Below, piece by piece: positions 9,171 to 15,693 of a stretch of 62,000 nt of DNA. The notes below the pieces were generated by a model. It saw only the letters and a list, made by a program, of their open reading frames with translations, was not told the DNA's origin and made no database searches. How positions within the stretch are numbered: the stretch's first letter is position 1; every line of letters begins with the position of its first letter. Source of the stretch: Hyalangium minutum (lineage in GTDB: Bacteria > Myxococcota > Myxococcia > Myxococcales > Myxococcaceae); the NCBI RefSeq assembly GCF_000737315.1, contig NZ_JMCB01000005.1, forward strand, positions 20,001 to 82,000, written 5' to 3'. A program made the position numbers and the translations under genes.

Positions 9171-9734
9171 ATGCCCTTCCCCTCAGTTGGCAGCAAGGCC
9201 CCCGACTTCAAGCTCGCTGATCAGACCGGCAAGACCGTGTCCCTCGCGCAGTTCGCGGGAAAGAACGTCGTCCTCTACTTCTACCCGAAGGACGACACCC
9301 CCGGCTGCACGGTGGAGGCCTGCAACTTCCGCGACGAGCACTCGGCGCTGGAGAAGGCGGGCGCGGTGGTGCTGGGCGTGTCGCCGGACACCACGAAGAG
9401 CCACGAGAAGTTCGCCAACAAGTTCAACCTGCCGTTCCCGCTGCTGGCGGACATCGAGCACAAGGTGGCGGACGCGTACGGCGCGTGGGGCGAGAAGGTG
9501 AACTACGGCCGCACGTACATGGGCATCATCCGCTCCACGGTGCTCATCGACGGCGAGGGCAAGGTGAAGCACGTGTGGCCGAAGGTGAAGGTGAACGGCC
9601 ACGTGAACGAGGTGCTCTCGATGCTGACCGGAGGCACCGCCGAGGCCCCGGCCGCGGCGAAGAAGGCGCCCGCCAAGAAGGCCGCCGCGAAGAAGGCTCC
9701 CGCCGCGAAGAAGGCCGCTCCGCGCAGCCGCTGA
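9171..9734 (+). CDS. bcp: Thioredoxin-dependent thiol peroxidase (BCP/PrxQ) with Lys/Ala-rich tail
   Basis: YFYPKDDTPGCTVEAC active site, GIIRST, WPKVKVNGH; C-terminal AKKAPAKKAAAKKAPAAKK. Confidence 0.93.
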   Translation: MPFPSVGSKAPDFKLADQTGKTVSLAQFAGKNVVLYFYPKDDTPGCTVEACNFRDEHSALEKAGAVVLGVSPDTTKSHEKFANKFNLPFPLLADIEHKVADAYGAWGEKVNYGRTYMGIIRSTVLIDGEGKVKHVWPKVKVNGHVNEVLSMLTGGTAEAPAAAKKAPAKKAAAKKAPAAKKAAPRSR

Positions 9735-9746
9735 GTTCGACTCAGG

Positions 9747-10526
9747 TCAGGGAGTGATGAAGAGCGCCGGGAAGAACACCCAGAGGTGCCAGAACGAGAT
9801 GCGCATGAGGAGCAGCACCCCCAGGTGAAAGCTGATGGCCATCACGGCCAGCCACGGGTGCATCGCCGGCCAGAGAACCAGGGCCGGAGCGCCCAACTCG
9901 AACGCCCCTGACGCCAGTCCCATGGCGCGCCTCGCCGCGGGAACGGCCACGACGCGGCGCCCCAGCGCCGTGCCTCGGAAGAGGGTGGACGCCAGCAGGG
10001 TGCGTCCCTGGGTAAACCACTCGAGGCCCCCCACGCGCAGCTTCGAGATGCCGGCGAGCAGGTACACCAGCCCCACCTGGAACTGCATCGCGGTGAGCAT
10101 GAACGACGCCAGCCGCTCGGCCTGCGCGGGAGGCGCGAGGAGCGGCGCGGCTCGAGCGATACAGTAGCCGAGCAGAAACAGGTGCACGTGGAAGACGTTG
10201 TTCCACAGCCGGGGCGACAGGCTCGCCAGGTAGCGATCGAGCAGCCCGAACGCCAGGAGCAGCGCCACGGCGGTTCCAAGCCCTCCAAGCCCCACGGCCA
10301 CGAGCAGGGCGAGGAGTGACACCCCCGTGCGGAGCAGCGGCTGGAGCCGCCCCAGCGGAGGCAGCCACGAGCCGGGGCTGTAGAGCGTGGCCTCGTTCTC
10401 CGTGTAGAAGCGCCCATAGGGGGGCATGCGCGAGAGGACGAAGATGGTTCCCCCCAGCGTCATCCGCACCCACTCCAGCCGGTGCATCGCGTCCGGCTGA
10501 GAGAAGGCGAGCTCCCAAAGCATCAT
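9747..10526 (-). CDS. HTTM-domain (vitamin K-dependent carboxylase-like/SdpB-like) membrane protein
   Basis: Several TM segments; WNN and VYLLAGISKLRVGGLEWFTQG motifs resemble the HTTM/GGCX signature; FHLGVLLLMRISFW; start overlaps the upstream stop. Confidence 0.7.
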   Translation of the reverse strand: MMLWELAFSQPDAMHRLEWVRMTLGGTIFVLSRMPPYGRFYTENEATLYSPGSWLPPLGRLQPLLRTGVSLLALLVAVGLGGLGTAVALLLAFGLLDRYLASLSPRLWNNVFHVHLFLLGYCIARAAPLLAPPAQAERLASFMLTAMQFQVGLVYLLAGISKLRVGGLEWFTQGRTLLASTLFRGTALGRRVVAVPAARRAMGLASGAFELGAPALVLWPAMHPWLAVMAISFHLGVLLLMRISFWHLWVFFPALFITP

Positions 10527-11065
10527 GAGGCGTTCCCCACCGCCGCCTCGGGGGGGGGCTCGGTTTCTGGGGAGGCCAGGTGGACCGAGCAGAGGGTCTC
10601 GAGCGGACGCTGGATGGACGCCAACTCCGCGCCCGCCACGTACTCCTCGATCGCGTACTCGTACGACACCAGCTCGAAGCCCACGAAGCGCGCTCCCGGG
10701 GGCGGCCGGATGGAGGACTCCACCTCATCGAGCGCGGCCCAGGGCGCCTCATTGAGCCGGTCGAGCATCGTCACCGCGAAGCGCTCCTGGCGCTCCGCAT
10801 CGTCGCCCTCCACGAACACCTGGAAGAGCAGGCGCTGGGCCCGGAAGAACTCCACGGGCAGCACGCTGTACGGGAACACCACGCGCGAGCCCCCCAGCGA
10901 GTCGTGGAGCACGACCATCAGACGCGGCGTCACCGCCGGGACGGCATGCGAGAACATGTTCTGCGCCACGAAGGGCCAGCGGTTCGTGTTCCGCAGCGTG
11001 TGCACCAACTGCACGGCCACCAGTAGGCCGAAGCCGGCCCAGCAGCCCATCTGTACCCAGTCCAT
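10523..11065 (-). CDS. Membrane-anchored partner of the HTTM protein (WPF..xxMFS motif)
   Basis: One N-terminal TM segment, then NRWPFVAQNMFS, like the C-terminal soluble part of HTTM proteins; translationally coupled to 9747..10526. Confidence 0.65.
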   Translation of the reverse strand: MDWVQMGCWAGFGLLVAVQLVHTLRNTNRWPFVAQNMFSHAVPAVTPRLMVVLHDSLGGSRVVFPYSVLPVEFFRAQRLLFQVFVEGDDAERQERFAVTMLDRLNEAPWAALDEVESSIRPPPGARFVGFELVSYEYAIEEYVAGAELASIQRPLETLCSVHLASPETEPPPEAAVGNAS

Positions 11066-11223
11066 GCCCTCGACTCCGCACGCTCCACCGCCGGCGCGCC
11101 CGCCGCGGCGCTCAGCATATCGGATTGCCCCCGGTCACCCTCAACCCAGGATTCCTGGATTAAGGATAAATATCTGTAATTGCTGGGAGAATACGAATGG
11201 CCTGGAAAAATACATTCTCTGTG

Positions 11224-11263
11224 TTGACAGGAAAAACGGCTTAAGCCATTATTCCTCCTGTCA
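11224..11263 (+). promoter_or_regulatory. sigma70-type promoter for mccA1 embedded in nested inverted repeats
   Basis: TTGACA (11224-11229), 17 bp, CATTAT (11247-11252); TGACAGGA...TCCTGTCA arms (11225-11232/11256-11263) and GGCTTAAGCC palindrome (11238-11247); AT-rich context. Confidence 0.65.
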
Positions 11264-11298
11264 GCGCGAGTGCTGACTCACCCCCACGGAGATCGACC

Positions 11299-11409
11299 AT
11301 GAACGACAAGGCCACCATCGAGATCAAGAAGGATGAGAAGAAGGCGGAGCCCAAGAAGGTCGTGGTCGTAAAGACCAGCATCAAGGCCGGTCCCGCGGCG
11401 TTCAACTAG
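11299..11409 (+). CDS. mccA1: Microcin C-like precursor peptide 1 (36 aa, C-terminal Asn)
   Basis: Missed by the ORF track. GGAG RBS; MNDKATIEIKKDEKKAEPKKVVVVKTSIKAGPAAFN*; directly upstream of a ThiF enzyme. Confidence 0.92.
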   Translation: MNDKATIEIKKDEKKAEPKKVVVVKTSIKAGPAAFN

Positions 11410-11437
11410 GCCGCCCCTCGCATCTCCTGCTGTAATG

Positions 11438-11479
11438 ACGGCCCGGCCGCTCTTCGAGAGCGCCGGGCTGTTTTCTTTT
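11438..11479 (+). terminator. Intrinsic terminator/attenuator between mccA1 and mccB1
   Basis: ACGGCCCGG-C-CGCTCT-TCG-AGAGCG-CCGGGCTGT stem followed by TTTTCTTTT. Confidence 0.85.
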
Positions 11480-11514
11480 CCCCTCCGAGCCCCTGGACCT
11501 GACGGCCCCTGCCC

Positions 11515-12558
11515 ATGAAAGACCACCTCTGGCTGCTGCCCACCGTCGTCTCATCGGTCATCGGTGATGAGCTGATCCTGTACCAGACGGAGACCCGCCT
11601 GGCGCTCTCGCCCGGAGGCCCGGAGCTCTTCGAGGTGGTGCGGCAGCTCGATGGAAACCGCACGGAGGAGGAGCTGCGCGCGCTGCCTCGGGGCGAGGAG
11701 GTGCTCGAGATCCTCGAGGGAGAGAAGTGGCTGGTCCGGCTCGAGACGCCTCTGGCGCGCTTCATCGAGGGCCGGCCGTGGATCACCCGGCAGCTCTCTT
11801 TCTACGCCCACCTCCAGCGCCGCTACCCGGATCGGATCTTCGCCGAGCTGGCGAGCGCCCACGTCGTCATCGTGGGCACGGGAGGCATCGGCTCTCATGT
11901 CGCCATGAGCCTTGCGGGCGCGGGGGTGCACCGGATGACGCTGATGGATCCGGACACCATCGACCTGAGCAATCTCAACCGGCAGTTCTTCTACACGCGC
12001 GAGGACGTGGGCTCGCGGAAGGTGGACGCGGCCGCGCGCTTCCTGCTGGCCCGCCATCCCCACCTGCAGATCGACGCCATCCCGGAGGCGCTGTTCGCCA
12101 GCGAGGGACAGGCGGACCTGCTGCGGACCGCCAACCTGATCCTCTTCGCGGGAGATGGCCCCACGGTGCTCCAGGGAATGACGGCGCGGGTGGGCAGCAC
12201 GCCCGTGCTCGTGGGGGGCTACATGGGACAGATCGGCGTGGTGGGGCCCACCTTCTGGCCGGCCAAGGGCTCGGCGTGCTGGGGGTGCTGGACCGCCGCC
12301 AATGACGAGAAGCCGCTGGGGGAGATCTTCTCGACGGCGATCTCGCGCGAGGCCGCGTGGAACTCCTCGGGCGTCACCTTGAATGGCATCACCGGCAACC
12401 TCCTGGCGGAGGAGGCCCTGCGGTGCCTGGCGCCCTCGCTGGGAGGCCCCCTGCTGCTCGACGCGCGCATCTCCCTGGACATGGCGACCCTGTCGCTGAA
12501 GCGGACGCCCGAGGCCCCCGTCAACTGCCCCCACCGTCAAGAGGTCCCCAAGGCATGA
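11515..12558 (+). CDS. mccB1: ThiF/MccB-like peptide adenylyltransferase 1
   Basis: VGTGGIGS, DPDTIDLSNLNRQ, CWGC zinc motif, N-terminal RRE-like domain. Confidence 0.9.
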   Translation: MKDHLWLLPTVVSSVIGDELILYQTETRLALSPGGPELFEVVRQLDGNRTEEELRALPRGEEVLEILEGEKWLVRLETPLARFIEGRPWITRQLSFYAHLQRRYPDRIFAELASAHVVIVGTGGIGSHVAMSLAGAGVHRMTLMDPDTIDLSNLNRQFFYTREDVGSRKVDAAARFLLARHPHLQIDAIPEALFASEGQADLLRTANLILFAGDGPTVLQGMTARVGSTPVLVGGYMGQIGVVGPTFWPAKGSACWGCWTAANDEKPLGEIFSTAISREAAWNSSGVTLNGITGNLLAEEALRCLAPSLGGPLLLDARISLDMATLSLKRTPEAPVNCPHRQEVPKA

Positions 12559-13037
12559 GCGCCACCGACACCCAGTCCAGCTGTTTCTTCTGCAGACTCA
12601 TCGCGGGCCGCGAGCAGGCGTGGAAGATCTGGGAGGACGAGCACCACCTCGCCTTCCTCACGCCGTTCCCCAACGCGGCCGGCTTCACCGTGGTGGCGCC
12701 CAAGAAGCACCTGGGCAGCTACGTGTTCTCGCTGGAGGACGCGGAGTACACCGGCCTGCTGCTGGCGGCCCGAAAGGTGGGGCTCATCCTGGACCGCGCC
12801 TTCGGCACCCGGCGCACCGGGCTGTTCGCCGAGGGCATGGGCATTGATCACGCCCACGTGAAGCTCACGCCGCTGCACGGCCTCCCCGAGGGGCCCTGGC
12901 AGGCGGTGCGCAGCACCGTGCGGACCTTCTACACGCGCTACGAGGGCTACATCGCCTCCCACGACGGGCCGCGCATGCCCGACGCGGAGCTGGACGCACT
13001 GGCCGAGCGCATCCGCAAGGCCGCCGCAGAGATTTGA
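12555..13037 (+). CDS. mccH: HIT-family phosphoramidase, microcin C immunity type
   Basis: CFFC N-terminus, AFLTPFPNAAGFTVVAPKKH, triad HAHVK (third His replaced by Lys103); ATG overlaps the mccB1 stop. Confidence 0.9.
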   Translation: MSATDTQSSCFFCRLIAGREQAWKIWEDEHHLAFLTPFPNAAGFTVVAPKKHLGSYVFSLEDAEYTGLLLAARKVGLILDRAFGTRRTGLFAEGMGIDHAHVKLTPLHGLPEGPWQAVRSTVRTFYTRYEGYIASHDGPRMPDAELDALAERIRKAAAEI

Positions 13038-13050
13038 GGCTCTGCCAGGT

Positions 13051-13069
13051 AAACGTCAAAAACACGTTT
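13051..13069. promoter_or_regulatory. Inverted repeat, possible operator upstream of mccA2
   Basis: AAACGT-N7-ACGTTT in an AT-rich stretch between mccH and mccA2. Confidence 0.35.
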
Positions 13070-13153
13070 GCAGGGGCTTGCGGTTTTTTACGGACTGTGT
13101 GACTATCCTTGACGCAGCGACGCTGTCCGTTTTCACCTCAAGGAGACGCTTCC

Positions 13154-13294
13154 ATGAACGAGAAGACCGCCCAGGAGTCCCAGAAGACCGAGAGCCCCAA
13201 GGCCGAGACCCCGGCCAAGAAGGCCGTCATCGTGAAGACCCGCATCAAGGCGGGCCCGGGCGGTGGTGGCCTTGTGCATCCGATCGCCAACTAG
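13154..13294 (+). CDS. mccA2: Microcin C-like precursor peptide 2 (46 aa, C-terminal Asn)
   Basis: AGGAGA RBS; MNEKTAQESQKTESPKAETPAKKAVIVKTRIKAGPGGGGLVHPIAN*; shares the KKxVxVKTxIKAGP leader motif with mccA1. Confidence 0.92.
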   Translation: MNEKTAQESQKTESPKAETPAKKAVIVKTRIKAGPGGGGLVHPIAN

Positions 13295-13322
13295 GTAGAA
13301 ACGACAGCTCACTTGAAGAGGC

Positions 13323-13361
13323 AACGGCCCGGCAGCCAGAAGCGTCGGGCCGTTTGTTTTT
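13323..13361 (+). terminator. Intrinsic terminator/attenuator between mccA2 and mccB2
   Basis: AACGGCCCG/CGGGCCGTT 9-bp stem plus extension, followed by TGTTTTT, ending 1 nt before the mccB2 ATG. Confidence 0.85.
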
Positions 13362-13362
13362 C

Positions 13363-14409
13363 ATGAACGACTATCTCTGGCTGCTCCCCACTGTCAGAAC
13401 GTCCCTCGTGAAGGATGAGCTGATCCTCATTCAAGGAAGCAACTTCTTTTCGTTCTCACCCAACGGGCCTCAGCTCCTCGAGGCGGTGCGCCAGTTCGAT
13501 GGGAACCGGACGGAGCGCGAGCTTCGTGCACTGCCCCAGGGAGAGGAGCTGCTGGGCCTGCTCGAGGAGGAGCAGTGGATCGTCCGGCTCGAAGCTCCGC
13601 TGCGTGACCTCATCGAGGGCAGACCCTGGATCAGCCGGCAGCTCTCCTTCTATGCCCACGTCCAGCGGAACTACCCCCACCGGGTCCTCGCGGAGCTGGA
13701 GAAGCGGCACGTTCTGATCGTCGGCACGGGGGGCGTCGGCTCCCATGTGGCAGCCAGTCTGGCGGGCGCGGGCGTGTGCCGGATGACGCTGATGGACCCC
13801 GACACCATCGAGCTGAGCAACCTCAACCGGCAGTTCTTCTATTCGCGTGAGGACATCGGGGCCTCCAAGGCGGCCAAGGCCGCGAGCTTCCTGCTCGCCC
13901 GCCACCCGCACCTGCAGCTCCAGACGCTGCACGAGCCTCTCTTCGCTCACGAGGAGCAGCTTCAGCGGCTTGGAGGCGTGGACCTCATTGTGTTCTGTGG
14001 CGACGGGCCCACGGTCTTGCGGAAGACCGCGCAAGTGGGAATGACGCCGGTGACCAGCGGAGGCTATGCGGGGTCGGAAGGCATCATCGGGCCGACCTGC
14101 TGGCCTGCGAAAGGCTCGGTGTGCTGGGGGTGCCGGAACGACTACAGGGATGAGCCTCGGACGATGGAGATCCTCGGCGCGCAGGTCAGCCGCGAGAATG
14201 ACTGGAACCCTTCCGGTACGACGGTGAACGGCCTCGTGGGCAATCTCCTGGCCGAAGAGGCCCTGCGCTGTCTGGCACCCACGCTGGGGGGGCCCCGGCT
14301 GTTGAATGCTTACATGTCTCTGGACATGGAGAGCCTGGCGCTTCGGCGCATCGAGCTCCCTCCTGTCGAGTGCCCGCACCGCACCGAGCCCTCCACGCCA
14401 CAGCCCTGA
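13363..14409 (+). CDS. mccB2: ThiF/MccB-like peptide adenylyltransferase 2
   Basis: Colinear paralogue of mccB1: VGTGGVGS, DPDTIELSNLNRQ, CWGC, C-terminal CPHR; start set at MNDYLWLLPTV. Confidence 0.9.
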   Translation: MNDYLWLLPTVRTSLVKDELILIQGSNFFSFSPNGPQLLEAVRQFDGNRTERELRALPQGEELLGLLEEEQWIVRLEAPLRDLIEGRPWISRQLSFYAHVQRNYPHRVLAELEKRHVLIVGTGGVGSHVAASLAGAGVCRMTLMDPDTIELSNLNRQFFYSREDIGASKAAKAASFLLARHPHLQLQTLHEPLFAHEEQLQRLGGVDLIVFCGDGPTVLRKTAQVGMTPVTSGGYAGSEGIIGPTCWPAKGSVCWGCRNDYRDEPRTMEILGAQVSRENDWNPSGTTVNGLVGNLLAEEALRCLAPTLGGPRLLNAYMSLDMESLALRRIELPPVECPHRTEPSTPQP

Positions 14410-14517
14410 GTCCAGGGTCCGGCTGAGTGCCTGCTCGCTCCCGCCCTGAGGGGGCTCCGAAACTATCCAGCTCAGGACGGGTGCGTTACGATGTGAGCCC
14501 TCCGATTCGGCGCGCGC

Positions 14518-15693
14518 GTGGCCATCCCCTTCTCCCGGTCTCTCCTCTCGCTCAAGGCGGACAACCAGCGGCCCTCGCTGGTGGCGCTGCTCGTGGGCGT
14601 GTTGATCCTCGGAGGGTGGCTGGCCTGGTTCCTCTGGAGCGAGGTGCCCGTTCACGAGCTCAGCGCTCAGGCGCGCCTGGAGGTGTCTCGCGACGCGTAC
14701 TCCATCGACGCGCCCGTGGCGGGCACGGTGGTGGCGCTCCCCCTGGCCTTGTCCCAGGAGGTCTCCGCGGGGCAGGTGCTCGTCGAGCTGGACACCGCGC
14801 CCGCGCGGCTCAAGTTGCAGGAGGCGCGCGCCCGTCGTGAGAGCCTGTCCCAACAGCTGACGGCCCTGCGCGCCCAGCTCGTCTCGGAGGAGACCACGCT
14901 GCAGAACACCCGGAAGGCCACCGACGCTTCGCTGGAGGAGGCGCGGGCCCTGCTCTCGCAGGCGGAGACTTCGGCGCGGTTCGCCGAGGGGGAGCTGCGG
15001 CGGACCACCGGGCTGCTGGATGGCGGGTTTGTCGCCGAGGCCGAGCACCAGCGCACCACGAGCGAGACGTCCCAGCGGCAGGGCGCCGTGGAGGCCCAGC
15101 GCCGGCTGGTGGAGCGGCTGACGTGGGATGCCCGCGCGAAGCTCAGCAGCCAGCAGGCCCACATGGAGGATCTCCGCCGCCAGGCCGCGCTCCTCGAGGG
15201 CGAGGTCCAGGCCCAGAGCGCGCAGGTGGAGCAGCTCGACTATGAGCTGACGCTGCGGACCATCCGCGCACCCGCCGCGGGCCGCGTCGCCGCGCTTGCG
15301 CCGCTGCGCACGGGCATGGTGGTGCGCCAGGGAGACACGCTGGCCTCGGTTGTTCCCACCGGTGAGCTGAAGGTGATCGCGGACTTCCCGCCTCCCGCAG
15401 CGCTCGGGCGGATCCGCCCCGGCCAGCCCGCCCAGGTGCGGCTGGATGGGTTCCCCTGGGTCCAGTACGGGAGCATCCAGGCCCGGGTCTCCAGCGTGGC
15501 GAGCGAGGCGCGCGCCGGCATCGTCCGCGTGGAGTTCGACGTCCAGCCGGACTCCTCGTCCGCCATTCCCCGGCAGCACGGCCTCACCGGCTCCGTCGAA
15601 GTCGAGGTGGAGCGCACCACCCCCGCCCGGCTCGTGCTGCGCGCGGTGGGGGAGCGCCTCCGAGGTGCCGGGCTGCAAGGGACCGCGCCATGA
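14518..15693 (+). CDS. HlyD-family membrane fusion (secretion) protein
   Basis: N-terminal TM segment, IDAPVAGTV and IRAPAAGRV lipoyl halves around a coiled coil, GQPAQVRLDGFPWVQYG. Confidence 0.9.
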   Translation: MAIPFSRSLLSLKADNQRPSLVALLVGVLILGGWLAWFLWSEVPVHELSAQARLEVSRDAYSIDAPVAGTVVALPLALSQEVSAGQVLVELDTAPARLKLQEARARRESLSQQLTALRAQLVSEETTLQNTRKATDASLEEARALLSQAETSARFAEGELRRTTGLLDGGFVAEAEHQRTTSETSQRQGAVEAQRRLVERLTWDARAKLSSQQAHMEDLRRQAALLEGEVQAQSAQVEQLDYELTLRTIRAPAAGRVAALAPLRTGMVVRQGDTLASVVPTGELKVIADFPPPAALGRIRPGQPAQVRLDGFPWVQYGSIQARVSSVASEARAGIVRVEFDVQPDSSSAIPRQHGLTGSVEVEVERTTPARLVLRAVGERLRGAGLQGTAP

